The notes under the pieces were generated by a model, which ran no database searches, had not been told where the DNA came from, and saw only the letters and a program-made list of their open reading frames with translations. Positions 1 to 21,945 of a stretch of DNA of 64,000 nucleotides are shown piece by piece. Every line of letters begins with the position of its first letter. Position 1 is the stretch's first letter. Location: assembly GCF_009914755.1 (NCBI RefSeq), contig NC_060926.1; one strand, 5' to 3'. The translations under genes and the position numbers were made by a program. This DNA is from the human T2T-CHM13v2.0 reference genome, Homo sapiens.

Positions 1-457
1 AAGTAAGAGCATACAATATTTGGTTTTCCATTCCTGAGTTACTTCACTTAGAATAATGGCCTCCAGCTCCATTCACATTGCTGTAAAAGACATTATTCTG
101 TTCCTCTTTATGGCTGAGTAGTATTCCATGATGTACATACACCACATTTTCTTTATCCTCTGGTTGGTTGATGAGCACTTAAATATGCAAAGATATGGAA
201 CTATGCTTTCACATCTTTGCAATTGCAAATTCTGCTGCTATAAACATGTGTTGCATGTGTCTTTTTCACATAATGACTTCTTTTCCTTTGGGTAGATAAC
301 CAGTAGTGGGATTGCTGGATTGAATGGTAGTTCTACTTTTAGAACTTTAAAGAATCTCCGTACTGTTTTCCATATTTACTTTCCCATCAGCAGTGTAAAA
401 TTATTCCCCTTTCATCACGTCCATGCCAACATATATTGTTTTTTGACATTTTAATTA
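1..457 (-). mobile_element. L1 3' end fragment (L1PB/L1PA16-like), truncated by window edge
   Basis: Typical antisense L1 3' sequence: 'cattcctgagttacttcacttagaataatggcctccagctcc', 'cccagtagtgggattgctggattgaatggtagttc'. Confidence 0.85.
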
Positions 458-539
458 TTTAATTTTAATTTAATAAATATTTTAATAATTTTTAATTATT
501 TCCAGATACTTTTATTTATACTTCACTCTTTTCATAACC

Positions 540-1330
540 AAACTTCTCAAATAAATGGTATTCACTTGCCTCACTTTCTTAATCCCCTTCAATCCTCAGC
601 TCACGGTAGTCTGGTTTTTGTCCCCAACACGCCACTGAAACTGCCCTCATTAAAGTCCCCCATGGCTGCCTCCTGCTAATGCTCCTCATCTCCCTGCAGT
701 ACTTGCTGCTGTAGCCACGTCCTTCTTCACACCCCCTCCTCCTTTCACTTCTGTGCTTCTCCATTTCCTAGATCCCCTCCTACCTTTGTGATCATTCCTC
801 CTCTGTGACCTTCTTTAACTGGCTTTGCTTGGTAACAGACACATCTGTTCGCATCACTAAAATGCTTCAGGGGTTGCCCACCTCTTACAAAATAAAATCA
901 GGTCTCCATAGCATGGGCTGCAACGTCCTTCAGGGTCAGCCGCTACATATCTCTCCCAACCATTCAGTACCAACCCATCTTCTGCTTCAGCCATGTCAAC
1001 CTTTTTGCAGTTTCACAAACAGGTTATGCTATTTCACGCTCCTGTACCTTTGTACAGAATGTTCTTGACTCCACCCCCATCCTCCACTAAGGAATTCCAG
1101 CTCATCTTTTAAGACTGAGGACAAAGGTGAGTAATTCTGGGAAGCTTTGTCTGCCCCCAAACAGAGGCAGCAACCCCACCTGAGTCCTGGGCATCTGTGA
1201 CACATTTTCACTGTAGAGCTCTGCACCCTGTTACGTCTCCCATATCCGAGTCCTGTGAGGTCAATAGGTTCTTGTTCATCTCTCTGTCTCAGGTTTGCAC
1301 ACTCCACCTACCACATGATTAGGGTGCAAG
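540..1330 (+). mobile_element. L2 LINE fragments
   Basis: 'gtctggtttttgtccccaacacgccactgaaactgccctcattaaagtc' and 'ttccagctcatcttttaagact' resemble L2 ORF2 and 3' sequence; pyrimidine-rich and degraded. Confidence 0.6.
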
Positions 1331-3139
1331 AAATGCATGCTTCTTTTACTTCTCTAATTTAACATAATTTGCCCTGAGCTTTCTATTCATTTCATAGAAA
1401 ATTTTAATCTCAGTTATTACTGGGGCATGTCCCCTCCCCAGAGTCAGACGGAAGTCCAGTGTCAGGTAGAGGTGCATGACGCAGAGCATGCAAAGAGACT
1501 TTGTCTACCTGGTCACCATATCCAGGCTTGTTTTCCAAAACAGCATGGAACCCTGAGGCAAGTTCTTCTAAGGCTTGGGCCTGGGGATTCTTTTCACAGA
1601 GGTTCTCAAGGTCACAGACTTTAATGTTTAGTTATTTCTACCCCAGTGCCACTTTCAGCCCCTCAGCTGCCCTCATTGTTCGTGCTGTTGGAAAGCAAGG
1701 TCCAGATGATCATACTTCAAGGGCACCCCAGTGACTCTGTTCTTTCTCTCATTTTCAGAGACTCCCTCAGTCTCCAGTCAGGGTGCACACCTTCAGAAAT
1801 GCAAAGCTCCCACTCCTGCCCATCACAGAGCAGCATGATTCTCCTCAAGGTGCATAGGGAGCTGAAACAAAAACAGAAATAGGGATGTCTCCTACTGGAA
1901 AACCTGTTTTCAGCCCCGCAACGAAACAGCTCTCAAAGACAAGGGCATGACAGGGTCTTGCTACCTTTTTGAGGCAAAGAGTACCCTCAGTGAAGAAACC
2001 AAGACATAGGTAAATATCTCGATAAATTGCTCTGCCATAAAACCACCCATGAATTTCTTTAATTTCTTTAATTACTTAATTAAAAGCAGAAATGGCCATG
2101 AAAAACACAAATGGAATTGCTCTCCCAAAGAAAGACACCTCTACCTGGCAGCCCTCGCCACTAAGCCTAATCCTCCTTCTCGTTCCTTTCCTAAGGAGGA
2201 AGCCCTAAAAGGCCTGGGATTCCCTGTCTGTGGCCCAGGAACACTACTCACATGGCCAAGTTTATTTGAGCTGCTGACTTGAGCTGCTGACTTGGGCTGC
2301 TGACGCAGGGTATTTGCAGCAGCTGCACTAACCCACTTTTTCTCATGGATGATTTTAATCTCTTTAATTTTTGCCCAGCCTGTGAGAAAACTGAAAGCGT
2401 GGTTGGGAGGGGGCGGGAGATAGAAGTTACAGGTCATGAGCTGAGTGGCAGCTAAATCCTGTGGGAGGAAGCAAATGCAAGTGTAATCCTTTCAGGAAAA
2501 CAAGTATTACTGGAGAGGAGAAAGCTGCCAATGTAACTTTGTTCCAAGAATAAATAGCACATTTTCCCTCAGTGTTTGCTTTTCTCTCTTTGATCCCCTT
2601 GAAGCCCTCTGGAAATGCCTGGCCAGCAATTTTTCTCCCCTCTGAGGCTGGGGAGAAGGAGCCACAAGCACTCACTTGAGATTCCTCAAATGAAGGCATA
2701 CAGAGGGGCTCCCAGGCAATGCTGGAGCATGAGGCCTGTGGAAGCCCTGGATCCAGACGTCGGTGTGAAGTTTAATTACCACAAATATGCCACGGTGTTT
2801 GCAAACATGCAGTCATCATGCCCAGAAGCAGTTAAAAAGGGAATAATAATAGATAGGGTATACATGACTAAAGCCACTGGGAGCCATGGGAGTTTGAAAA
2901 TGGGAAAGGAAAGGCAAAGCTCAAGTGGGTTAATGTTTAGCTTTGGTCCCAAGCAAAATAAATGCCTGCACACAGTGAGGCTGACAAGAGCATGCCCTCA
3001 ACACGGGGAGTTTATGGCTCAAGTGCTCTAGAAACCACAGTCCTTAGTTACTCACATAGTTTCCCCTTCTTTTCCCAGATAGTTTTATTCCAAGGGAGTT
3101 GCAGGCAGGGCAATGCCAATGAAAGATGAAAGCCGTGCC

Positions 3140-3335
3140 ATCAGATAGACTTGCATTCAGTCTTGGTTCTCCCACTTCCCACTTACTAGTTGTACTAAGC
3201 ATGACAAGTTAAGTACTCAGCGTCCTCTTCTGTCACATGGGAATAATAATACTTCTCTTACAGGATGGTCATGAAGAATATATGAGATGATGGATGTAAA
3301 CATTTAGGATCATGCTTGACTCTGAGTGTTCAAAT
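3140..3335 (+). mobile_element. MIR SINE
   Basis: MIR core: 'ccacttactagttgt...caagttaagt...ctcttctgtcacatgggaataataatac'. Confidence 0.75.
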
Positions 3336-3524
3336 ATCAATTCCCTTCCACCACTGCCACCCCATAGCATCATTCAAATCAGAAAACACTTACTAAGCAC
3401 TGATTCATGGAAAGACTGACTTATAGCAGGCTTATGCAGGAAGCCAAGTATGAAACCCACTCAATAAGAAATGACATTCGAAATGAAGATTCAAGCCTGA
3501 AAAGTGCCAAATAACAGGCAAATG

Positions 3525-3532
3525 TGACGTCA
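3525..3532. promoter_or_regulatory. Full palindromic CRE (TGACGTCA)
   Basis: Exact CREB/ATF consensus with intact CpG; function unproven. Confidence 0.3.
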
Positions 3533-3764
3533 TAAAACTGCACATGAGACCCTGATCAATGGCCAGTCCTGACAGTCTGTCTTAGGAATCCCCCAGAGAA
3601 TTGAGATAGCTAAGTAAAGCTTTGTGGAGAGGGCTGGGCTTGCTTTGGACAGAGCAGCAAGGAACAGCTAGGAAAAGGCAATACACTTATTTGACTTAAG
3701 TAGGTACACCTTAAGGGATTTTGGGGAGATATCTGGAAAGGAAATTGGGAAGTTTGGTGAGTTA

Positions 3765-4270
3765 AAGATGATGAAAAATTCTCCATCACTCTGCCCATTG
3801 ACAGATAGAGTCTATGTCTCTTCTTGATTCTGGGCAGATTCAGTGGCTGCTTAAAAAATAGTACCTGGCAGGAATGATGCTGTGCCAGTTTCAGACCTAG
3901 CCTTGGAGAGAATCAGTAGCTTTTGCTTCCTGCTTCTGGCTACTTCTGCTCTGTAGACACTGCCTCTTAGAATCTAGCCACCATGCTGTGAAAAACCCAA
4001 GCCAAATGGAAAAGCCATGTGTGACTCTTCAATCAAAAGCCCAGCTGAGCTCCCAGCCAACAGACAGTAATAAGAACAATCACGTGAGTGATCCATGTTG
4101 TATATTCCAACCCAATCAAGCCCCCAGATGACTGAAGTCCCATTTGGAGAAGAAGAACCACCCAACTGATCCCAGTAAACCCACAGAATTTTGAGAGATA
4201 ATAAAATGTCACCTGCTGTTAGACACAAATTTGGCGGTGGTATATTATACAACACTAGATAACTGACACA
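3765..4270 (+). mobile_element. MaLR solo LTR (MLT1G/H-like)
   Basis: 'tgtgccagtttcagacctagccttggagag', 'cagctgagctcccagccaacag'; ends 'atacaacactagataactgacaca'. Confidence 0.75.
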
Positions 4271-4339
4271 GGAAGGGATTCGTGGGAGGCATTGAACATC
4301 AAACACCATAGTCTAAATTCATCACCATCATCATAGAAA

Positions 4340-4570
4340 CTATTAGCAAATGATCACTAAATGCCAGACACTATGAGGTAAGTTTTTATAACTTTTAAAA
4401 TTTAACCTGCTTATAAACCAGGTTAAGTAGGTACTATTATTCATACTTAATAGTCAAGTAAACTAAAATTTAGAAAGGTTTAAAATTTGCTCAAGATTTT
4501 ACAGCCAGAAAATAGTAGAGATGGAATTCAAGCCAGTTATATTCTGAACACTCTCAAATCTGCCATCTTG
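4340..4570 (-). mobile_element. MIR SINE
   Basis: 'gtaggtactattatt...aaactaaaatttagaaaggtttaaaatttgctcaagatttacagccag'. Confidence 0.65.
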
Positions 4571-4806
4571 TTTCTACAAGGTGAATAAGCAATGGGTGTA
4601 CTGATAATCTTGACAGATACAAACAACTCTCCAGCTGCAAATTGTCAACCAGTTTGAAAAACCACAAGCTGCCTGGGCTTGTCAAATAATTCCATGCAAA
4701 ACAATGGCAATAGGTTTAACTCTCATTGTTCAGTGACTATATAGGTATATAAGACAATTTGGGATGAATAAAAATGATGAGTTTATTGAGGAAAATAGAA
4801 GCCACT

Positions 4807-5348
4807 TGTATTAGTTACCTATTTCTGTATAATCACCCCCACAAAAACAAAAACAGTAGCTTATAAAAACAATGATCACTCATTATGTCTCATGGTTTTG
4901 ATGGATCAGGAATTTAGGAGTGGCTCAACTATGAAGTTCTTAGCTTGGGGTCTCTCAGGAAGTTGTAGTCAGTTGTTGGCTGGGGTTTAAGTCATCTGAT
5001 GACTTGCCTGGAACTGGTCCACTCCAAGGCAGCTCACACCTTCATCTGGCAAGTTGGTGCGTGTTGTTGGTGGGAGGCCCCAGTTCTGCATCAGGTGGGC
5101 CTCTCCAGAGGGTTATTTGAGTGTCTTCATGGCTTGACAACTAGCTTCCCACAGAGCAAGTTTTCCAAAAGGCAGAAGCCACAGTGCCTTTTAGAATGTA
5201 ACCTCAGAAGTCACACATCAACCCTTCCACCTAATTCTATGGATTACCTAGGGTCATCTCTGATTCAATGTGGGAGGGGACTCCACAAAATCATGAATAC
5301 AAGGAGAAAGCAATCATTAGGGGCCATCTTAGAGACTGGCAACCATAC
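4807..5348 (-). mobile_element. MaLR solo LTR (MLT1F/H-like)
   Basis: Starts 'tgtattagttacctatttctgtat'; ends 'ggggccatcttagagactggcaaccata'. Confidence 0.8.
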
Positions 5349-5583
5349 TTCTCTATCTATTCTAAGTACTTTGGCTTTGAAGCTTTAAAGCAGGACATTT
5401 GAGGTTTTTATAGGTGTCTGTAGGGCTAAGGAACAAAGATTAAAGAAGTCATTTGGGATGACCCCAGCCTGCATTACCAACCTAAGAAATTCTGAAGCAA
5501 TCATTTGAAAGCTGTTTCAAATATCAGAACATTTTAGGAAACTCCTACCATCTATCTCAGCCAGCAGCTCTGAAGTGAGAGAT

Positions 5584-5597
5584 TCTCTAGAGGGCAC
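5584..5597 (+). promoter_or_regulatory. Candidate CTCF motif
   Basis: TCTCTAGAGGGCAC matches CCACTAGAGGGCAC at 12 of 14 positions. Confidence 0.3.
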
Positions 5598-6449
5598 CGC
5601 TGGGCTATCTCAGGTTCCCACAGCACCAAAGAAGGTCATTCACAAGGAAGTATCCTGAATCACCTGCTAAGAACCTTATATCTGCCTTCTGCCTCTGCCT
5701 ACAAGTACTTCCAGAGAGTGTGGCCTTTCTCACTTCTCTGCCTTTCCCTCTCAGGCAAATCCCTCCCATTGACTGACATCAATTTAAGATCACAAGAAGC
5801 AGAAGATTCCAGGAAATGTCATTCCTGGCCTCTTACTGGTGATGCAGGGAGTCTATGGAAGTAGGTGGTGGTGACGCTAAGCTGAGCACAGGTAATCTCG
5901 CACAGACTTGGGGGAGTTTCCAGCCAATGAAGCATGTATGTGCTACGCATTTTGGCTTGAAATTCTCCCTCTGCTCCAAAATAGTAATAAACTGTAAATA
6001 TATAAATGTATATATGAAAATGGAAAAAAGCATTTCCATGAACAAGACAGTAATGAACAGGAGATGAAGCTATGAAGCTATAGATCCCAAAATTGGAAGA
6101 TATGCTTAGAATTCTACCCCTTTAAGTGGGTCATGTCCTGAAGGGTGATGGGATTTACAAGCACCCTGTGCCTGAGAAATGATCAGAGTGGAGCTCCGTC
6201 CTGAAAAGAAGGTTACTGAAAGATGAGGCCACCGGCTAAGGCTATGGCTTGTTCAAATGGCATACTTACGGCCTTATTCCAAGTGATTGTCACTCATCCC
6301 TAGTCTGAAAAAGAGAAAGGCCTTATGTGTATCATTTCCTCACTGACATCTACCACTTCCTTATATTAGCTTCATCTTTTTGACCCTCTCCCCAAATTAT
6401 TTTATTAGACTTACCAACATATTTTACTGACATTTTTGCTCCTTGTTTT

Positions 6450-7300
6450 TTACATCCCATTTCTTTCCTGTGAATTTACATCTCCTCTTGCTAAAGTACA
6501 TCTTTTCGTAACTCCTTCAAGGGTTTATAAAAGGTAAATGCTAATAATTTTTATGTTTCTGAAAATATCTTTATTTTTTCCCCTCTTGTAAAATAATTTG
6601 GGTATAAGATTCTAGGTTGACAGTGATATTCCTTCTTAACTTTGAAGATGTTGTTCTATACCTCCTGGCATCTGTTGTTACTAATGAAATGTCTTTTGTT
6701 AGTCTAATTGTTCTTTCCTTTTTCTCTATTAACTTTTAAGAATTTCTCTTTATCCTTCTTAGTCTATTAATATTAATTAATTAATATTTCTGATTGTGAG
6801 TTTATTTCATTCTGCCCAGCACCCTGTGTGTTCTTATACTCATAAAGCTCATGTTTTACTTTAATTCTAACATGTTATGATTTCTTATAGTATCAATTTT
6901 CTGCCATGTGTCATTTCTTTTATTTTGTACTTTTTAATTCCCTATTTAATTTGTGTTGAAAACTTTTACTTGCCTTACATGTCACCTTATTCGTTTTTTA
7001 AACAACTTTTTAGCTCTCCGTGTGATTCTCTGTGTGATTTAGAGTTCTGTGTGATTCCTAACAAACTATATCCCAGCTGACCAATTATCTCTAAAGAGTT
7101 TCCAATCTAGAGTTTATCCCATGTGTTGATTTATATTTTAAATTTCGGACGATATATTGACATTTCCAAGATTGATGATTCTGTTTTTTTTTTTCTATGC
7201 CGGGATTTTTCATGTCCAGGATTCACATCTAAATTGTTTTTGTTTCACAATTCCTTGTACTTTTTAATAGATATTATTCTGTCCTTTTACTTCTGAGATA
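6450..7300 (-). mobile_element. Old L1M fragment
   Basis: T-rich; 'gggtataagattctaggttgacagtgatattccttcttaactttgaagatg' is typical antisense L1M ORF1-region sequence. Confidence 0.6.
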
Positions 7301-7433
7301 TTGTATTCATTAATTTAATAGCCTATTTTGTAGCGTTTACTATGTGCTAGGCATATTAATTCCTGGTATCAATTCTATAATAGTACTTTTATTATCCACA
7401 CATTATAGATCAGGAAACTGTACAGAAAAATAA

Positions 7434-7878
<445 letters not shown>

Positions 7879-7894
7879 TATTCTACGCAATTCT

Positions 7895-9360
7895 GACCAA
7901 AACATCAATAGGCATTTTCACTGAAATGAGCAAATTGATTCTAAATTGTTTATAGGGCTAAGATCTAACCAAGATAATTCTGAAAAAGAAGAGCAGAAAC
8001 AAAGAACTTTACCTACAAGCGATACAGGCTTACTATGAAGTACAGTAATAAGACAGTAAGCAAGTAAGACAGCAACAGACCAGCAACAGACACATGGCTC
8101 AATGGAACAAAATTAAAAACCCAGAAACAACTCCAAGTATAAAAAAGTCTTTGGCATAAAGTAGATGAGGCAGTGTAAATCACTGGGGGAAAGACAGAGT
8201 GTTCAATAAATGGAACTGGGAGAACTTTATTTCCATATGGAAATTTCCATAGCTGGAAAATACCATTAGATCTTCACTTTATACCATTACAAGAATAATT
8301 GTACCTATATGACCTTGGAAAGAAGAACTTATAAACAAGATACAAAAAAGCAGAAATTGTAAAGGTTTAATTTATCTGGCTATATTAACACTAAAACTTC
8401 AGTACAATAAAGACCACTTTTTTAAAAGTTTGTGTTTTTAAAAAGAGAAATTGACACAATAGAAGACAATTTCAACATATTTAATTACTAAAGTGGAGTA
8501 ATAAATTAAGTAAACTCTACTTTTTATTCAGAAAGACTTGCTTCTACAAAATAAGAAAAAGACAAACAATGCAATAAAAAAAGAGGAGCAAGTGTTCCTT
8601 ATGTTCAAAGAAGAACATAAATGGATGATTAGCATATGAAAATATAAGTAACAGGAAAATGAAATGTAAAACAACACTGAGGTTCCATTTAACATTTCTC
8701 AATAGGACAAAAGCTGAAAGCCTGACATATTCCTGTTGGCCAGGATAAAAAACCAAACAAACAAGACTTGTCAAACACTGCAAATAGAAGTATGATTTGG
8801 TTCAGTCACCTTGGATACCTGTTTCATAATAACTGGAACGCAGAATTTGGCAATCCAGTAATTTCAGTTATAGGTTAATACATCAGACAAAGTCCTGTAC
8901 CTGTACTCTAGAAGACAGAGTAGTATTTATTTCAGCTCTGTTTAGAGTCACAAAATATTTGAAACATCCCAAATGTCCATCAGAAGGAAACCAGATAAGT
9001 AAGCAGATAAGTATTGGTGTATTGCCTATGACAGAATATCATAATACAATTAAGATGACTGAACTATAATTTGCATATAGCAATGAAAATAAATTCCAAC
9101 AAAGTACATTGTGTAGAAAAAGTTGCCTAACACTGTGTACTATATGATACCATTTATGTATATTTTACAAAAAATAATTTTATATTCTTCATGGCTACTA
9201 TATGTTTTCATACTTTTATATAACAAATGCATGATACTGCTGCTATGGGGAAGGTAGAAGGTGAATGAAGTTGGAGATGGGAGCAAAAGAGAATTCAACT
9301 TTATTGTAATGTTTTATTTATTTAAAAATAAGCAAATAAGATAAAATGCTGGCATTTACT
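7895..9360 (+). mobile_element. Old L1ME ORF2 3' region and 3' UTR
   Basis: A-rich; 'aatggaacaaaattaaaaacccagaaacaactcca', 'gttcaataaatggaactggg', 'cccaaatgtccatcagaagg'. Confidence 0.75.
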
Positions 9361-9375
9361 TATTTTTGGAGTTGA

Positions 9376-10018
9376 TGTTATAGCCTGAATGTTTGTGTTT
9401 TCACAGAATTCATATGTTGAAACCTAATCCCTAATGTGAGAGTATTTGGAGATAGGGACCTTGGAAGGTAATTAGGTCATGAGGGCAGAACTTTCATGAG
9501 TGGGATTAGTATCCTTATAAGAGAAACTCTAGGATAGCCAAAGGTTAGTTAATGGAAACAAAAGTACAGCTAGATACAAAGAATAAGTTTTAGTGTTCTA
9601 TAGCACTATAGGGTGATTAAAATTCACAATTGTAACTCCTATTCAGAGAGTTAGAAGAGAGGATTTTGAATTTTCCCAATACAAAGAAATAAATATTTGA
9701 AGTGATAGATTTGTTAATTACCCTGATTTATCAATACATGTTGTGTATTAAAATATCATACCACATCTCATAAATATGCACAATTAATATGTTAATTAAA
9801 AATAATAATAAAAGAAAAAAGAGACCACAGACAGCTCCCTTGGTCCTTCTGTCATGTGAGGACACAGTGAAAACTAGAAAATGGACCTTCACCAGGCCTG
9901 AATCTACTGGCACCATAATCTTGGCCTTCCCAGCCTCCAGAACAGTGAGAAATAGATTTCTGTTCTTTATAAGCCACCCAGTGTATGGTATTTTGTTATA
10001 GCAACCCAAACTAGGATA
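9376..10018 (+). mobile_element. MaLR LTR (MLT1A/MST-like), interrupted by an L1MA 3' fragment
   Basis: Starts 'tgttatagcctgaatgtttgtg'; 'cccagcctccagaacagtgagaaatagatttctg'; ends 'ttttgttatagcaacccaaactaggata'. Confidence 0.85.
9530..9822 (+). mobile_element. L1MA 3' UTR fragment nested in LTR
   Basis: 'gaataagttttagtgttctatagcactatagggtg', 'taattaccctgattt'; A-rich tail. Confidence 0.75.
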
Positions 10019-10067
10019 GTTGAGTATATTGATTTTTATTATTTGTAATTATTTTACAAATAAAATA

Positions 10068-18005
<7,938 letters not shown>

Positions 18006-18594
18006 ACATCAAAGGGATATTTCCCTTTCTATCAAAACATGTGAAACCATAAAAATGTTTTAATGTTTTCTTATGTCTGAGATGTGCTAAGCGTCAAAGA
18101 GAATAGCACCAAACACTGAGTCTGAGCTCATCTAGAAGCCCCAGAGTTTCAGAAAACAACCATGATGGAATTAGTGGCCTTGAGTTGGTTAGAAGACCCC
18201 CACTCTGGAAGAGCAATGTCAAATGCCGCCAACCTGCCTTCATCAGCTGCCTTAAAGGAGTCTTCTTTCCTTTAGATTCCTCCTAACTCATGTGCTAACC
18301 ATGTTCAGGTCAACCCATGGGCAAAATTTAGGAAAATCCGGCCAGGGATGCATACAGGAAATAGTCCAGTGGTGCATAAAATTTGCAGCCATACTAATTC
18401 CTAAACTAGAGCATGCATCCACCTGGCTGAATTCCCTGGGAGTCAGGATTAGTAAGGAGGGGTTTATTTCTCCAGTAAATGCTCAGTCTCCCAAGGGATT
18501 TAATTACCTAATCTGGATGGTTCCCAAACTCTTTCTATACTAAGTTCTAACTATAATTGTGCTGGCAGTGGTAAGCTGATATCAATTAAGTGAA

Positions 18595-18760
18595 GTTAAT
18601 TCCCAGGCCCAAATCTATACCATGCCAGTTTGCTGAAGGAACTTGCAGAATGTGATTAAGGAAGTAGGCAGTAATTCCCGAGAAAAAGTAGAGATTGATA
18701 AAATAACCAAATTTTCAAATAGGAAAAAGTGAATCCCAGTAATTATATGCCAATTAGATG
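18595..18760 (+). mobile_element. CR1/L3 LINE ORF2 relic
   Basis: Translates to FPGPNLYHASLLKELAE and IFK*EKVNPSNYMPI, resembling CR1 motifs SPGPDGxHPRVLKELA and PIFKKGxKEDPGNYRP. Confidence 0.6.
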
Positions 18761-19329
18761 GAGCCTAGAACATATTAGTGAATGTGGGAATAGAAATATG
18801 AATGAGAGATACTATTCAAGTGGTTAAGTGTGTGAATTTTCAAATCAGGCAGACCTTAGCCGATCTCTCATTATATCACATTTTTATACTAAGAATGATA
18901 TTGTTGTTTATGAGGAGGAATCTTTCAGTCTGTGAATAATCATACAAAGCTATTACCACTATGTCAGTCTTAAGGGTGGCCAAGGTGTTTAAAACCAAGG
19001 TGCTGCTTCGTTTAACATGTTTATTTTTTATTGATGGTTTAGATCAATTCATAATAAAGATACATAAACATTTAAGCCTTCGTAGAATTAAAATTATACG
19101 GTCAGACTAAGATAACCTGTATTCTGTGGAAGACAGTAACTGTATAACTTTCATTGTCACCTCCCCTAAAGAGAACATTTTAATTTAATTTACTCTCTCC
19201 CTGAGAGAAATTAAATACCAAGGAATAAGATTTGGTTGAGTAAGATTGAGCTTTGGAGAGCCACAAACCATTGTAAATTCTAAGGTTTCTTCACTAATCA
19301 GTGTGAGTCAATAGAGAAATACAGCTGCT

Positions 19330-19750
19330 AAGGAGGTACTATAGTCATGAGTTGTGTCATAAATCCAAGTGTTGATGACAGAAGCCAAGTATTGAATAGG
19401 TAGCGGGAATTCTCAAGTACTCTGTATTAGTGAGACTTCCGGAGTGTTGAGTCCAGGTCTCAGCAACAAACAACCAGTGAGGTTCCGCCAGGCACAAGCA
19501 GATTTGTGAAGGTTTCAAATATCACAGGAGGAGCCAGATTATATGAGGAACTGAATCATAAAGAAAAAATCCAAGGGACTCAGAATGATTAGACCGAATA
19601 AAAAGAAATGTTTAAGGAAAATGATCATGATGTTAAAATATTTAAAAACGTAACACAGAGGGAAAATTGTGACTCAAGAATCCACCCACAAAATGGCTGC
19701 CATTTACAAGGTATGAGAAACACATTGTTAGCTATGCAAAAACCCAGAAA
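19330..19750 (+). mobile_element. CR1/L3 3' fragment
   Basis: 'tactctgtattagtgagacttccggagtgttgagtccagg' resembles the CR1 LYxALVRPHLEYCVQ coding region. Confidence 0.45.
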
Positions 19751-19811
19751 ATGTACACTTCAGCAGCGTTTCTGAATAATCTATTTGTCACCAGCCTCTA
19801 AAAGTTGAATC

Positions 19812-20310
19812 TTAAATGCAATATGGTATCCTGGATTGCATCCTAGGAAAGAAGAAAATGATATGAGGGAAAAACTGTGGAAATCTGAAAAAAATCTATA
19901 CTGTAGTCAGTGTATGGTACCAATGTCAGTTTCTTAGTTTTGATAAATGTGCCATGATTATGTAATATATTTATTCAGATTTTTCTGTTTTTCTCTTTTA
20001 AATATTTTAACTTTATGTTGATGATACTTCTGAAGTTTCTAGTCAAGTTCTAGTCAACAAATCACCAACTTAAAAAACTAATTTTTGAAACATTTTAAAA
20101 AGCCATACATACAAAGATGTTGTACACTAGTAAAAATTTGGAAGCAAAATGTTCAACTATATATGAGTACTTATATCATGGTACATTTCTATGATTAAAT
20201 GTCTTAAAGCCATTACAGATGTTTGTGAAGCTGGTATTAACATGAGGAAATGCTTATGATATAATATGAAATTTAAAAGCAGAATACAAATATGAATGTA
20301 GCCCAAATTT
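19812..20310 (+). mobile_element. L1MC/L1ME 3' fragments
   Basis: 'taaatgcaatatggtatcctggattgcatcctagg', 'ccaatgtcagtttcttagttttgataaatg'. Confidence 0.65.
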
Positions 20311-20323
20311 CTGTACTACTTAA

Positions 20324-20557
<234 letters not shown>

Positions 20558-21840
20558 TCAAAAACAATATGTATTTTCTCTGGATTTTGTTTTGTTTCTC
20601 TTTTTTCTTTTTCTCTATTTTATAGTTTTCTCTAACAAGCATATATTACTTTGATAATCCAAAAAAAAATCCATAAAAGGATTTGAGCTAGTTTCATCGT
20701 GTAAATAGTTAGAGGTCAAAATCTATCCTCTCTCCCCCAGACTTTGACTAACTATACGATGTTAAAAGGCTGAGAATGAAAGCCATAAGATTGCACAACA
20801 CAAAATAACTCGGAAGGATTTTTTTAAGAACATAGGATATAGCTAAATCTATTAGTCCTGGAAAGAAACTCTTGGTGCTTCTAAGCAGTCACAATGACTT
20901 AAGAGGCAAGATAGAGGAGCATGCCAAAGATATCTCAATGAGAGATAAGTGTACTATACACAAAGATGGAAAACAAACCAGAGGGAGAAGGATTAGAATC
21001 TGTTCCAGACTTTGGACAATAAACCAAAATTATATCTTAGTGCAGACAAATATTCTAAAAGAAGTGTGGCAGTAATCCAACCTGAAAAGTATATAGTGGC
21101 AGATGGCATTTATCCAGCATAAAGATTTACGTCTCATTAGCAAAAATGCTTCATGTAATGGTCAAAGACAGAGCAGAGAAAATTCAAGTCAGAGAGCTGT
21201 AATGTCACAGGCAAAACAGAACACAAAGTATGCAAGGATTGCAACTGTATCCAGAAGAGACTTTACTTGAATGAGCTAGTCATTCCCTCCCCATGAGGGT
21301 TCCTTAGAGAACGCTGATGAAAACAGAACCTCATGCACAGATGAAAGAGCATTATCTTATTTAGATAGGGAAAAGGTGGTATGGCCAAATGATAACAGGA
21401 CCTGTGCCCATCTTCCATAATGGTCCTGGGTATTTAGAAATCCTAATATGGCTGCAGAGATTAGCCATGAGTCATAAACCTTTCAAAGACACCCTATCCA
21501 GTTGGGCATTTCATTTTTCCAGTGATGGATCATATGTCATATGTGTGTGTGTACTGTTCATAAGTTTTACTGAGGGTCTGTGTGCTAGCTAGAAACATAA
21601 ATTTGTTAGCTCCAATACCAAAGCAGATCAAAGCACATTTTTTTAATAAATGTTGTTTCTACAAAACATTCATAGGCCTGGTACCAGTCTCAATTCACCT
21701 TCGGTGTTGTTAATTATAGAACTGGTATCAACAAGCTGAGTCATTATCAAAACTATGGAATATATTCGCAATTTAGTCTAGTATGTATATCCTTGTCCCA
21801 AAACTTCAGGTATGTGAAGCTCTTGGTGCCTACAAAGTAC

Positions 21841-21945
21841 ATATATATATATATATATATATGCTCTTGGTGCATACAAAGTACTTCTATATATATATAT
21901 ACACATATATATAGATATAGATATCCATAGGTATATATCTATACA
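21841..21945. repeat. (TA)n microsatellite tracts
   Basis: Directly visible; they occupy the position of the L1PA tail. Confidence 0.9.
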
